Shown here one piece after another: positions 10,073 to 19,983 of a stretch of 59,081 bases of DNA; the stretch's first letter is position 1, and each line of letters begins with the position of its first letter. A model generated the notes under the pieces. The model saw nothing but the letters and a program-made list of their open reading frames with translations, did no database searches and was not told where the DNA came from. A program made the translations under genes and the position numbers. The stretch comes from a virus (lineage: Duplodnaviria; Caudoviricetes), in the IMG/VR virus record IMGVR_UViG_3300033143_004027, positions 1 to 59,081 of that record. One strand, 5' to 3'.

Positions 10073-10908
10073 TCACTGATTGCGGGCAGCCTCCACTAAT
10101 TCTGCAATTCGGCTCTCTTCCGCCATGATCCAACCATCCCAAAGACCTCGCATCGTTTCCGCGCGGGAGCAGGTCTGCAGATAGTTCCCGACAGCCTCAA
10201 GCAATTCGCCCGTTGCCTCTATGCCATTTATTCTTATCGGTTCGCCGACAGCACAGGTTACAGTTATATTCACCAGCGCACCTCCTGGGAGGATTTGTCA
10301 ATGGGGCAGGCAGATCCATAGTTTACCGCAACTTCTCTATCAAGCTCCGCCAGGCCTTCGGTGTTACCCACAAACCAGATATGGTACAGATGGTCAGTAG
10401 AATGCAAAGCGCGATGGTCATTGTGAGCCTCCCTTATCATCCTCACAGTACATCTCTACCTGCAGTTGAACTTCGCGGAATACCCCCGCTACCGTGCTCG
10501 CCTCACCCGCTGACGGTATTAGGTCAGAGCCATCATCAACTATACAAGTCCAGCGATATTCCTGATAATCTTCCCCTGGTACGCGCTTGCTGATTTGTAT
10601 CTTCGCTATTGGGTTGCCCATTGTCTTGCCTCCCTTCCCATAGTAACAACCCGCGCCCGCGCCCGAAGACGCAAGTGCCGACCGTTAGCGCAGATTATCT
10701 TCAATGATAGTTGCATCGGGAATGTCCTCATAACGCAGCCCGTTCTCTACATCCCTAGATGCAGCAAGAAGGGCTGGGTTGCAGTCTACTATATTGTCCA
10801 ACAACATCACTGCCCGCTTGTAAACCGCCCCGTCATTTACCTGGGCCTGCAATCTGGCGACATCAGCATTCAGTTTAGCTATTAGCCAGTTTCTTCCTAT
10901 ATTGCTCA
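10073..10908 (-). CDS. Small hypothetical genes (10073-10273, 10418-10621, 10685-~10908)
   Basis: ORFs preceded by GGAGG RBS. Confidence 0.5.
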
Positions 10909-10953
10909 TTCTTCTCACCTCCCGTGGTTGTCTTACATCTATAGCGTACCCAC

Positions 10954-10982
10954 AGCATAACACATATCAAACCTTTTGTCAA
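10954..10982 (-). promoter_or_regulatory. Sigma70-type promoter
   Basis: TTGACA-17 nt-TATGCT with a TG extension. Confidence 0.7.
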
Positions 10983-11614
10983 GGGCTATTTTCCAATAGC
11001 GACCAATTGTCCTTGTATTCAGCCCATTTGCCCGAGTAGGATGATGCTATCGGTATAGCAATTTGAGTGAGTGATCCGACTGCGCTGGCGGGGATAATAT
11101 AGTGATGTGCTTCCCCGGCCATACCAATACAATGAAGAACGTCACACCGGCTGGACATCTCCTGCCCGTTGTGCAGGGCAAAGTAAAATCGCCCCGGCGG
11201 CTTACCTATGTTAGATCCCTTAACATCAACGCGGATGCCATTTACTACATAGTCAAATACGCAGAGCCAGGGCATCCAAACAACTTTAGCCCCTCGCTGA
11301 CCGTAGGCGGCCAGGGCCAACCTCTCGAAGTTGCCATCGGGTTGACGGCGCTGGCGATGGGTTTTGTCGCCTCGCTGTTGCTCAAGTTGCGCCAGCCCGG
11401 CGCACGCACTATGGTATTTGTGTTGGCGCCCCCACTCAAATGTCATTGCTCGCCCACAATAATGACAAGGGATATGAATGTCAATACCCGATAGCAGGTC
11501 AAGCCGTTGATATATACGTGTGGCTTTGACATTCAATTTGTTGGCAATTTGAGCCGGACGGTATCCGGCCTCTAATAGTTCTACAAGTAGTTGTTTCTGC
11601 TCTTGTGTTATCAT
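10979..11614 (-). CDS. HTH plus PD-(D/E)XK endonuclease (homing-endonuclease-like)
   Basis: N-terminal HTH (QIANKLNV), CxxC, then FE...FDYVVNGIRVDVKGS. Confidence 0.65.
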   Translation of the reverse strand: MITQEQKQLLVELLEAGYRPAQIANKLNVKATRIYQRLDLLSGIDIHIPCHYCGRAMTFEWGRQHKYHSACAGLAQLEQQRGDKTHRQRRQPDGNFERLALAAYGQRGAKVVWMPWLCVFDYVVNGIRVDVKGSNIGKPPGRFYFALHNGQEMSSRCDVLHCIGMAGEAHHYIIPASAVGSLTQIAIPIASSYSGKWAEYKDNWSLLENSP

Positions 11615-11831
11615 AATACCCAAGCTGAAAGTTTCTTCTGCAACCCCAAAAGTTCCTTCCGCGACTCCCGCGCTTTCCGCTCGCAACCCAGCCCCTCCAA
11701 CACGCGAATGTTCTTCTTGAGCAAGCGGATGCGATGCGGTGTCGGGAGCAAGTAGCCGGTTGTCCGGTATGTTCGCTTTGCCATTATGGTTCTAATCTAC
11801 CCAGTGGCGGCGGTGATTAAACCCAGGCACG

Positions 11832-11883
11832 AAAAAAGGCCCGCCCCTCGGTCGGGAGGCCTTCCACAAACCGAAGGGCGGGC
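11832..11883 (-). terminator. Intrinsic terminator after the lysis cassette
   Basis: GCCCGCCCTTCGGT...ACCGAGGGGCGGGC stem followed by CTTTTTT. Confidence 0.7.
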
Positions 11884-11939
11884 AAGTCCCGACAGGAAGG
11901 GGGATTAACCTGTCGGGGGGATATGGGCAGTAAGTCCCC

Positions 11940-12068
11940 CTATTCAACCACAGCCGACAGCAACCAGTAGGCGAAGCCGCCAAGTGCGAAGCCAACAAAG
12001 AAACCGGCCCCGTGCCTCTGCACGAAGCCGGCTATTGAACGCCGGACATAGTTACCGACGGGGCTCAC
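11940..12068 (-). CDS. 42-aa membrane peptide at the end of the lysis cassette
   Basis: GTGA overlap with the upstream stop; MSPVGNYVRRSIAGFVQRHGAGFFVGFALGGFAYWLLSAVVE. Confidence 0.45.
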   Translation of the reverse strand: MSPVGNYVRRSIAGFVQRHGAGFFVGFALGGFAYWLLSAVVE

Positions 12069-12448
12069 AGGTCAAGCTCCACGGCCTGCCGGAAGTAGAC
12101 AGTCCAGAGTGCGGAGTCTCCGACATCATCATAACCGACTCCGAAGCGCTTGTTGGTGCCGAAGAGCTTATAGCTGAAACCCGCCCCCCAGGCATTCTGG
12201 TCGGGGCGAATCCGCCAGATGTCGCAATAAAACGGCTTGCCGACGAGGTGCACCAAATCATAGCTAGCGAAGGGTTTGACCATTAGGGTTGGGTTGCCCT
12301 CCAGCGTGAGCATAAAGCCAGCCGACACCTCATCGGGGATTGCCGGCTTCAGTATATTGCCAATCTCGTCAAAGATGCTATCGGCCTGTGTGGCCTGCAC
12401 CACTAAAAGTAGTAGGCCGACCACAATAAGGGGTATTAGTTTCTTCAT
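12065..12448 (-). CDS. Secreted, beta-strand-rich (OMP-like) protein in the lysis cassette
   Basis: Signal peptide MKKLIPLIVVGLLLLVVQATQA; amphipathic strands WGAGFSYK, FGVGYD. Confidence 0.5.
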   Translation of the reverse strand: MKKLIPLIVVGLLLLVVQATQADSIFDEIGNILKPAIPDEVSAGFMLTLEGNPTLMVKPFASYDLVHLVGKPFYCDIWRIRPDQNAWGAGFSYKLFGTNKRFGVGYDDVGDSALWTVYFRQAVELDL

Positions 12449-12452
12449 ACAA

Positions 12453-12722
12453 TCACTCCTTTCGTTTAGTCACTTGTTGGATTAGCCACTTGTAGACGCC
12501 TTCTGCCGAGGCAATGATGCCAGCAGCGTAAGCAAGGACTTCCGCAATACCAATATCGGCCTGCCCTTGTAGCGCTATGTATGCCAGTACTAAGGCTGCC
12601 ACCGCCACCACCAGGCGAATAATAGTTTGCTTGCCAGCCAGCGGAATACCTGCCAGCTTGAGCCCCTGTACCGCAAGTGCAACACCACTGCCCATTACAA
12701 TAATCAGCCATATCTCGTTCAT
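12453..12722 (-). CDS. Holin
   Basis: 89 aa, three TM segments, basic C-terminus, directly after the endolysin. Confidence 0.75.
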   Translation of the reverse strand: MNEIWLIIVMGSGVALAVQGLKLAGIPLAGKQTIIRLVVAVAALVLAYIALQGQADIGIAEVLAYAAGIIASAEGVYKWLIQQVTKRKE

Positions 12723-12738
12723 CGGTTTCCCCCTTTCG

Positions 12739-13485
12739 TTATTGATAGAATAGATTCCACATATACTCCTTGAGCCGCTTCAACATTATAGCCACTTGTT
12801 CGCGCGTCACAAATTCCTTCCCGTGAAAAAGGCCATCATCAAAGACGGTCATCAAACGCTCCGCCAGTACCCAGTCAACAGCCTCCTGTGCCCAGGGTGA
12901 AATATCGGCCTGCTCGCTGCTTGCTGGTTGTCCTATCGCTGCTCGTGCTTTATCTATAATAGCCACCTCCGCATCAGACAGTCCACCTTCCAATACTTTC
13001 ACGGTTAGCTCGGTTGCCTCGTAGTGCATCGGGTCTTTGAATGAACTCCAGTCGCCCCCCCAGGCAAAACCCCAGGCATTGAAGAATGGAGCCAGGCTAT
13101 GCAACGACGGCGCTATATCCGCTGGCTTGCATCGGTAGTTTGTTCGCCCCCGCTTCTCATCGCCACCACTGCCGTCAGCAAAGTGATGAACATTCAAGTC
13201 AATGGCAATTGCCCAGGCGTGCGGACTCCACGAGCCGCCTCGCCGTGTCTGCCGACAGTTATATGTGCCACCATAATCAGAGCGGTCAACCAGGCTGGAT
13301 TTCCCTGCATCGGCTATGGCTGTCAACACGGCCTCAAGCTGGTCGGCGATGCGCTGGTGAACATAAACCTTCTCTAGGATGGGGACGGGTTTTACAACGA
13401 GCTTAGCACCACCGCAATGTTGTCCAAACCAGTGTGGCACTTGACTGCGGGGCAACGGTTTGATCAGTCCGTTCTTGATTGGCAC
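12739..13485 (-). CDS. Endolysin: M15 peptidase plus C-terminal SLH domain
   Basis: R...WSPHAWAIAID, DPMHYE; ISPWAQEAVDW...G.F...TREQVA. Confidence 0.85.
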   Translation of the reverse strand: MPIKNGLIKPLPRSQVPHWFGQHCGGAKLVVKPVPILEKVYVHQRIADQLEAVLTAIADAGKSSLVDRSDYGGTYNCRQTRRGGSWSPHAWAIAIDLNVHHFADGSGGDEKRGRTNYRCKPADIAPSLHSLAPFFNAWGFAWGGDWSSFKDPMHYEATELTVKVLEGGLSDAEVAIIDKARAAIGQPASSEQADISPWAQEAVDWVLAERLMTVFDDGLFHGKEFVTREQVAIMLKRLKEYMWNLFYQ

Positions 13486-13490
13486 GACAG

Positions 13491-13769
13491 CTACAATACC
13501 CCCTCATTGCGTGACGTTTCGTCTGACGGCGTTTCCGTGCTTCCCTTAAGTAATCCCTCGGCTAGGATATTCAGGGCCGTTGCTGCCCCCCACAGCGCAT
13601 TAGCGTCGTCACTTAAACCGGGGGGCGGTCCGTCTTTGGCGGCATTGCGAACAGCGGCCATAATCTCCGCGCGATGCCTATTGATATAGCCTGGTAGTAA
13701 CCGTGCCATATCGCCGTTAAAGGCCCGCCGCAATTCATCTATTGTCTCATAATGATTATCAATCATCAT
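13491..13769 (-). CDS. Hypothetical protein
   Basis: ORF upstream of the endolysin; start approximate. Confidence 0.45.
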   Translation of the reverse strand: MMIDNHYETIDELRRAFNGDMARLLPGYINRHRAEIMAAVRNAAKDGPPPGLSDDANALWGAATALNILAEGLLKGSTETPSDETSRNEGVL

Positions 13770-14247
13770 TATTGCCCGTACACTCCATTGTGCTGGCTGG
13801 AATATATCCCGAAGAACAAGCATCTGCAAGTTCCGTGGCTATTCGGTTGTATTCCTTCTCCATATTATACGGAACAGGCTGACCATCCGCAGTTGTAGCA
13901 GACCCAACAATGTCCTTCTCGTCGCATCCGGGCCCCGCACTCCGGGCAGCGATTCTCCGCTCGATTAGCCCTTCCAGCACTGCCAGCAGCATAAATATCA
14001 TTTTGAAATCCCCGCTGTTGTCGCCATTCTCGAACACGTACTTGGTCAGGTATTGCCACTCGTCGTCTCCTTCTTCCCGCGCCTGGCGGAGCAGGTCAAA
14101 ACCTGGCCTATCCCAATCTTGGGCGGTGTCTTTGTGTTTGCGTTGTCCATCGTTGAACCGTTGCGACTTGCGGTGCAGGCTGGCGGGTGTCAGGCCCGAG
14201 GCTCGCCCCAACCCCTCCATATAGAATAGAAACTCTGCGTCATTCAT
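13759..14247 (-). CDS. Possible all-alpha NTP pyrophosphohydrolase (MazG-like) protein
   Basis: R...G..KH...QAREE.DD...YL pattern; weak. Confidence 0.35.
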   Translation of the reverse strand: MNDAEFLFYMEGLGRASGLTPASLHRKSQRFNDGQRKHKDTAQDWDRPGFDLLRQAREEGDDEWQYLTKYVFENGDNSGDFKMIFMLLAVLEGLIERRIAARSAGPGCDEKDIVGSATTADGQPVPYNMEKEYNRIATELADACSSGYIPASTMECTGNNDD

Positions 14248-14402
14248 CGGTCTCCCCCTGCTTCTCTTCGGCAATCTTATTGGCCGCAAGTATGAACCAC
14301 ATTGTAGCGCAATTCTGACAGCAGAATGGTAGCGAGGGCAAATCCATATCTATGCTCCAGCGAAGAGCGGTCGGCTTGCCGCATTGCAGGCAGGGCAGCT
14401 CC

Positions 14403-14837
14403 TCAGGCATCTGTCTCCCCCTTTATGAATACTTGCTTGAACTGATGTGCCGGCATCGCCACCATCTGACCGTGAAAGTCAAAGTAGCAGATGGCGTTTT
14501 CGACCTGACTACCCGTCGGCTTGTAGACAACGACCTCCCAGGGCTTGGTCTTTTCACAATAATCATCCCTCGCCCAAACCTTCTGCGTTGCTACAAATAG
14601 CTGGTAGTGCGCATTCTCAAGCAGCGACCATATCCCCTTCGGCCCCGCTCGCCATTTCCAGCTTTTGACCTCGCAAACAATCAACTGACCGTCGAAGCCA
14701 AGGCCAGAGCAATCCCACAATTCCTTCCAATCGCGAATGCTGCCCTGTTCATCAGGTTCGGTATCAGGCCAGAAGTAACGGGCAACCTCCGACTCTACCC
14801 GCTTACTGCGTTGTAAGATGCTAAGTTTGGTCGCCAT
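14403..14837 (-). CDS. PD-(D/E)XK nuclease (Holliday-junction-resolvase-like)
   Basis: KRVESEVARY, D...VCEVKS. Confidence 0.55.
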   Translation of the reverse strand: MATKLSILQRSKRVESEVARYFWPDTEPDEQGSIRDWKELWDCSGLGFDGQLIVCEVKSWKWRAGPKGIWSLLENAHYQLFVATQKVWARDDYCEKTKPWEVVVYKPTGSQVENAICYFDFHGQMVAMPAHQFKQVFIKGETDA

Positions 14838-14847
14838 CGGAATCCCC

Positions 14848-15096
14848 CTATCTTGATAAGATAATCCCTTCACAGTCAGCCCTGGCCTTCTCGCCGTCAA
14901 AAAATGCAACCTCGTGGCGGCCCTCCCACCACTCGTCCTCCGAGTTGACGTTCTTCCTGATTAAACGCTTGACGATATGTGCGGCTACCAACGAGTCAAC
15001 CCCGCCTTCGTATCCATCAACAAAAACTTCCATATCATCAGGATATTCAGCAAGTATGTCACACAACTCTTTGATGGTCAAACCGTTTTCAGCCAT
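14848..15096 (-). CDS. Hypothetical protein
   Basis: LTIKEL..IL..YP.DMEV.V.GYEGG, a common phage family pattern. Confidence 0.55.
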   Translation of the reverse strand: MAENGLTIKELCDILAEYPDDMEVFVDGYEGGVDSLVAAHIVKRLIRKNVNSEDEWWEGRHEVAFFDGEKARADCEGIILSR

Positions 15097-16144
15097 CGGA
15101 GTCCCCCTTATGTCCTCGCAGGTAAGTCAGGTAATCAACCCCGCCATAGAAGTCCAGTGTCACCCAAAACTTGCGCTCGTCGGGCCAGAGAATAATCACC
15201 GGCACCGACACATAATCCAGCGGGTTGACTGTCTCGTAACCCAGCGACCGACCGTAACTGTCGCGAACCTTGAAAGTTCCAGCCCGAACAAAGACTCCCC
15301 ATCGCCCTTGCTCGTTGGCATAGCTAATAGCCGGTTCGTGCTTGTCGCCGGTGATGCTTATATCAAACGGGCCGTGCTCGCGAAAGAGACGCTTGGCACC
15401 AGCGGTAGCATCGTAAATACTATTGCCCCGAAACTTGTGCCACATACCGATAGAATAGGGCTGCTCACCGACAATGAGGTTGAGTTTGCCACCAGGCCCG
15501 AGGAAAACGGCCTCGCCCTTTCGGGCAAGATATTCGGCGGTATCAAAGTCGCTCACCCGCGTCTCAAAGTATTCGTGCTGCCCGCCGGTATTAGCCAGCA
15601 ACTTCGGTGCCCAGCGTGTCCATATCCAACGGGCAAGTTGCTTCTGATAGCGAGGGCGGACAATCTGCTCATAGCGACCCGACTCGTGGGATAATGCCAC
15701 GAAGTTGTCAACCGAGTCCCCGTTGTCGCAGACAAAGAGGCCAGGGGTTTCAATAATGCGGTTGATGACATTGCCGAGGAGCCGGTGATTAGTGCCAGCA
15801 TTGCCGATGTGCTGGTCGGAGGTTACGGCTATGCCGATGGGGAGTTCCGTGTCTATGGTAATATCAGCTTCATACTGCTCTATATCTGCTTGCTGGAGAA
15901 GTTCACCATAGGCGCAGACCTCTTCAAAGAGGTCGCCCTCCCAACCGTCGGGCGGGCGCTTGAGGTTCGTGATTTCTGCGGAGGGTTCGTCGGAGGCTTC
16001 GTCAATGAGACGCGCAGCCTTGAATGCCCTGCCCCAGCTACCACCCCACTTGGCACCGATAGCGGTAACAGCAGCACGCCGACTACCGTGGACAGCGACC
16101 AACTCGCGCAACTGGTACGCAGTAAAGTCCGATGGTTTTAACAT
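15089..16144 (-). CDS. Calcineurin-like metallophosphoesterase
   Basis: SDQHIG, GDSVD, GQHE, GDKH motifs. Confidence 0.8.
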   Translation of the reverse strand: MLKPSDFTAYQLRELVAVHGSRRAAVTAIGAKWGGSWGRAFKAARLIDEASDEPSAEITNLKRPPDGWEGDLFEEVCAYGELLQQADIEQYEADITIDTELPIGIAVTSDQHIGNAGTNHRLLGNVINRIIETPGLFVCDNGDSVDNFVALSHESGRYEQIVRPRYQKQLARWIWTRWAPKLLANTGGQHEYFETRVSDFDTAEYLARKGEAVFLGPGGKLNLIVGEQPYSIGMWHKFRGNSIYDATAGAKRLFREHGPFDISITGDKHEPAISYANEQGRWGVFVRAGTFKVRDSYGRSLGYETVNPLDYVSVPVIILWPDERKFWVTLDFYGGVDYLTYLRGHKGDSDG

Positions 16145-16194
16145 TGATTCCCCCTTATTAGAATTAGAATACCCTGCGTAGACAGCGATTAAAC

Positions 16195-16470
16195 CTATCG
16201 CGCCAGAAGCGTATCCAACTTTCTATTCATCTCACGCAAGTCTGCTCGCAACAAATCAAGTTGCTTCTCTGTCCGCTGTTGGTCTTGCCGCGCATCTGTC
16301 TTCGTCTGATATGTCTGCGCGGCCTCGATGCGTGGCAGGGCCGACCTTGCCTGGAAGGATACTGCGCCCCAGGCGGCGGCCCCTGTAATAAAGAGGCCAA
16401 TAACTATCGGTAGTAACCATTTCGGAATTGTAACGCCGCCATTTCCATTGTTCTCGAAAAGTGGCATCAT
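16195..16470 (-). CDS. Single-TM coiled-coil protein (holin/XhlA-like)
   Basis: One TM segment followed by a coiled coil, at the end of the tail module. Confidence 0.5.
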   Translation of the reverse strand: MMPLFENNGNGGVTIPKWLLPIVIGLFITGAAAWGAVSFQARSALPRIEAAQTYQTKTDARQDQQRTEKQLDLLRADLREMNRKLDTLLAR

Positions 16471-16477
16471 TAGTCTC

Positions 16478-16813
16478 CTAAGGTACTGCTCGAATATCAA
16501 GGTGAAACTTGTCAATAAATGTATGATTTGTGCTCGTCGAGTATCTCCACTCTACGGTATGCAAGTCGGCGGAGATGGAGCCCGCGGTGCCGTCCAGTGT
16601 ATAGCGCAAGTACACGCCGTCAATATCGAAGTCAGCGTCAGAGTCCGTTATTGGGCCGACGCGGACAGTCCCGCTGCTATCGTATAGTGTGAAGGTGCCC
16701 GTGGATATAGTGAACGCCGACGAGTCCCGCTCCAATACCTGGTTTTCCAAGTCGCGGCGTTCGCCTATGTAAAATGGGTCAGCGTATTCTTTTATGTCTT
16801 CGGGTTCACTCAC
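16478..16813 (-). CDS. Virion-associated Ig-like small protein
   Basis: Beta-rich; tail module context. Confidence 0.45.
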   Translation of the reverse strand: MSEPEDIKEYADPFYIGERRDLENQVLERDSSAFTISTGTFTLYDSSGTVRVGPITDSDADFDIDGVYLRYTLDGTAGSISADLHTVEWRYSTSTNHTFIDKFHLDIRAVP

Positions 16814-18213
16814 GATGTCGGTTTCCCTCCGAACTTTTCAATAACAGGGTAGCCTTCGAGGAGCTTGTCAAGTGGCTTGCCCTTGAGCAGTTTGACGACA
16901 GGGTAGCCCTCTAAGTAGACACGGAGGAACGTCTGCAGGGCAGTACTACCGCCGAGGAATATGATTTCGCCGCCATTGGCAACTACTGCCGAGACTGCTT
17001 CTCTTTCACCGCCGTTGAATACTGCAAGGCCACCACCGGCTAACCGTGCAACGACCGCCTCCATTTCACCGCCCAGGAATATAGCGAGGCCGCCGTTGGC
17101 GTGGCTATAGGCCGCTGTCGTCGGCACCTCGCTCCCCACCGTCCAGAACGCGTCGTTATCGTTCTGGCAGTTGTAGGTTGTGGCTATCCAGTCGGCAGAG
17201 CGGTCGGTACTAGCTATTGCTATCTCGTCAGCCGAGCCGTCATAATAATAGTCATCATGGGCTCCCGCCCGCCCCAGAGACAGGTAATAGGTATCACTGT
17301 TAGGCATATCTGCTGCGATGCTATCTGTATTATCAAGGCTACCATCTAAATAGAACAATACTGCATCTGTTGTCTCGTTAAATGTAATTACAACCTGCTT
17401 CCAAGTACCCGTGCCTATGTCAGTTGACGCAGTTGCTTCTCGCCAAGTACCATCGTTGAATAGGAACGTTGGTATATTTGTATTACTTGCATACGGCCCC
17501 AGCACCATACCATAGCTACAAGGACTGAGTGTACTGCGTTTTCCAAAAACCCAGAATGTATTATTAACTCCCGACAAAGACTCTGGCTTCAGCCAAGCTG
17601 AAAGTGTTATTGCCCCCGTGATTTCCAGCGAAACATCATTTCCGCAAGCAATATAGTCACTGCTCCCGGATTCAAAGTCCTGGCCCAGTCCCACCTTTCC
17701 CGTCTTGCCTGCCGCACTAACCTCATCATCCCCATCATTGCCATTGTCAGACAGGTCTTTGTAAACATCCGCAGTCCCCGTACCTGCCGCGCTTTCGTGC
17801 AGCCCATAACGAGCGGCCCACCCATCCGCGTTCAGGTACACAGTCTGCTGCTGGTCGGTGGTGCCGTTGTCGCGGTAGTAAAGTCGCAGGACTGTATCGG
17901 CAGCCGAGGCCACCGACGGAACGAGAATATGGCAGACCAGTAGCCGCGAACCGTCCGCAGCGTTATACTCAACCGTCGTATGCTTGAGCTGAGTGCTGCC
18001 ATCATTGAGCGTTATCGCAATATCCTTCGTGTAGTCAACAACGGTCGTAAATATATTGGCCGCGCCGCCCTCGTAATTGACGCTGTTCGCCTGGTCAATA
18101 ACCAGCACAGCAGGGAAGCCAGACTCGCCACCGTCGGGCATACCAGCGGGAACTTGAGCAGAATTGATTGTTATCGGACAGTAAGCCGACCAGTCCGACT
18201 CGGTGAAGGCCAT
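16810..18213 (-). CDS. DUF2341 plus LamG/ConA-like lectin tail protein (receptor-binding candidate)
   Basis: ITINSAQV...F P.LV...LRLYY; ITLSAWLKP, WKQVVITF, YLDG, G..DEI.I, RSADWI. Confidence 0.75.
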   Translation of the reverse strand: MAFTESDWSAYCPITINSAQVPAGMPDGGESGFPAVLVIDQANSVNYEGGAANIFTTVVDYTKDIAITLNDGSTQLKHTTVEYNAADGSRLLVCHILVPSVASAADTVLRLYYRDNGTTDQQQTVYLNADGWAARYGLHESAAGTGTADVYKDLSDNGNDGDDEVSAAGKTGKVGLGQDFESGSSDYIACGNDVSLEITGAITLSAWLKPESLSGVNNTFWVFGKRSTLSPCSYGMVLGPYASNTNIPTFLFNDGTWREATASTDIGTGTWKQVVITFNETTDAVLFYLDGSLDNTDSIAADMPNSDTYYLSLGRAGAHDDYYYDGSADEIAIASTDRSADWIATTYNCQNDNDAFWTVGSEVPTTAAYSHANGGLAIFLGGEMEAVVARLAGGGLAVFNGGEREAVSAVVANGGEIIFLGGSTALQTFLRVYLEGYPVVKLLKGKPLDKLLEGYPVIEKFGGKPTS

Positions 18214-18216
18214 TGG

Positions 18217-18432
18217 CTACCCCTTGAATGTTTCTTTGAGTTCCGCGATTATAGCGGCCCGTAACTGGCCCGCTGCTTTCGTGGCCGCACTATTGTCAAG
18301 CTGAGCAACGACGGCCTTCAGTTGCGTGACCGCTCCCTGCGCCTGGTCTTTTAGATTGCCAATATCCTTCTTCACTTGTCCCTCATCCAGGTCAGTCAGG
18401 ACTTCCTGCAAAGTCATATCTGCTATTGCCAT
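18217..18432 (-). CDS. Hypothetical protein
   Basis: GGAGG RBS. Confidence 0.5.
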   Translation of the reverse strand: MAIADMTLQEVLTDLDEGQVKKDIGNLKDQAQGAVTQLKAVVAQLDNSAATKAAGQLRAAIIAELKETFKG

Positions 18433-18444
18433 CTTACTGCCTCC

Positions 18445-18888
18445 TTACTTCAGTTGCAGGTATGCCGTCAGCGTAAGCGAGTCGCCATCGTTTATTGTTC
18501 GTTCGGGGCTTATGTCGCCGGACGCATAAAGGTTAGCCGAGCCGCCGAGTTCACCAGGAATTGCTTCGTCCGTCAGGAACCACCTATTGACAGTTCCCAT
18601 ATTATTGCCAGAGGCCGTAAATGTGACGGGAGTCATAGCAGCCTGCCAGGACGGACTGGTGGGCGTTATAGTGAAGTCTATCGGGCTGGCGGCCAATAGC
18701 TGCCGCGAATAACCGCTTTCCGTACCATACGGTTCGCCCAGAATATCTGATACGCGGTCGGACTCCACCAGTGTGTCACTGGCAAGGCCCAAGGCGAAAG
18801 TGGTCGCTGGGCTCTGCTCGCCGCTGAATAATATCTGTAGGGCGGCAGACTCACCGCTGTCGTGGAAAATGAAAGGCATCTGTCTCAA
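18445..18888 (-). CDS. Tail fibre-associated protein
   Basis: GYSRQ...VTFTASG...L.A.G....RTINDGDSL pattern. Confidence 0.6.
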   Translation of the reverse strand: MRQMPFIFHDSGESAALQILFSGEQSPATTFALGLASDTLVESDRVSDILGEPYGTESGYSRQLLAASPIDFTITPTSPSWQAAMTPVTFTASGNNMGTVNRWFLTDEAIPGELGGSANLYASGDISPERTINDGDSLTLTAYLQLK

Positions 18889-18914
18889 CTCCTATATGAA
18901 GGGATTGCTCTGGT

Positions 18915-19541
18915 TTAGCACTCGTGAAACTCTACTTCAACTGCTACCGTTCGCGTCGCGCCCGCCTTGTTGACCATCTGCAGCAGGTAGCTGTTGCCGG
19001 CTTCTAATATCCAGTTGCCCGCATCTGTGCTGCCTGCGCGCGCCGCCTGCGAACCCATTACGCCGCTAAGCAGCGTGTTGTCGGTGTCGGCGGAAGTATC
19101 AATGCCTGTAACCTGTGTGTACATGGTAGCGCCAAACTGCCCGTCGCCCTGGTTATTTTGGTTCTTGCTAACAATAAGTAGCTCGGTGCCGCCGTGGGCA
19201 ATGGAAGAAGACATAGCGTACATATCAAAGTTCCACTGTCCCTCGGATTGCATTCGGAAGCCCATGTGCATATCGTTAGTGGCGTCGGGAATAATCATCA
19301 GCGTGGCGCTGCCGTCATCCACAATATCATCATAGCGGTGTGAGGCAATGCCCAACATACCACTGTTCGCCAATACATGGGGATACTCAATAGTTGCCAA
19401 CCCTGACGCCACGACCGCCACCATCTCGCTGTCGCCGCTAATCCTGGTCCGTGCACTGCCGTTGCTGTCTATATCCAAGGCATTATATGCACTGCCACCG
19501 CGTATATGAACACCGGGTACGTATCTGTCTCCTGCTGCCAT
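18915..19541 (-). CDS. Putative virion structural protein
   Basis: Beta-rich, ends in WILEAGNSYLL; tail module. Confidence 0.5.
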   Translation of the reverse strand: MAAGDRYVPGVHIRGGSAYNALDIDSNGSARTRISGDSEMVAVVASGLATIEYPHVLANSGMLGIASHRYDDIVDDGSATLMIIPDATNDMHMGFRMQSEGQWNFDMYAMSSSIAHGGTELLIVSKNQNNQGDGQFGATMYTQVTGIDTSADTDNTLLSGVMGSQAARAGSTDAGNWILEAGNSYLLQMVNKAGATRTVAVEVEFHEC

Positions 19542-19595
19542 GATAAACCGTCCTTAAACGAGAATTGGTTTCTCAATTCCCCCATTATGTATGCA

Positions 19596-19625
19596 AGAAA
19601 AAGGCCCCGCGAAAGCGAGGCCGAG
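19596..19625 (-). terminator. Intrinsic terminator
   Basis: GGCCTCGC-TTTC-GCGGGGCC followed by TTTTTCTT. Confidence 0.7.
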
Positions 19626-19661
19626 TATGTACACCTTATTGTATGAGTCTTGGGTCTGTCG

Positions 19662-19922
19662 CTATTCTATTGGTGTTTTGACCACACGCCCACGGTGCGC
19701 GGTATCAGATAGCGTAAACTCGCCGCCCTGTGTAATGCCATAGTTGTGGCTCCCGTCAAGTTTCGGCAAGCCGTGGCCAACCGCAATTTCTGTGCACCGC
19801 TCGCTGACTGCATTGTTCAATTTGGCCAGCTCTAATTCTGCCTGAGTCAGTTGTCGCTGTAAGTTGCTCAGTTCTGTCTGCTCTTGAACGGTGGCCAAGT
19901 AGCCAGTGCGAATAGTTGCCAT
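19662..19922 (-). CDS. Hypothetical coiled-coil protein
   Basis: AAGGGGG RBS before MATIRT. Confidence 0.5.
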   Translation of the reverse strand: MATIRTGYLATVQEQTELSNLQRQLTQAELELAKLNNAVSERCTEIAVGHGLPKLDGSHNYGITQGGEFTLSDTAHRGRVVKTPIE

Positions 19923-19983
19923 TAGCTTCCCCCTTTGATTGCTAATTTTAATAATGATACCCACTGCGGATGGCAATTAAACC

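Noticed and set aside
14945-15694. Long plus-strand ORFs (this one, 27265-27867, 39239-39907, 46384-47217 and others)
   Set aside because: They are antisense shadows of well-supported minus-strand genes and show no motifs.
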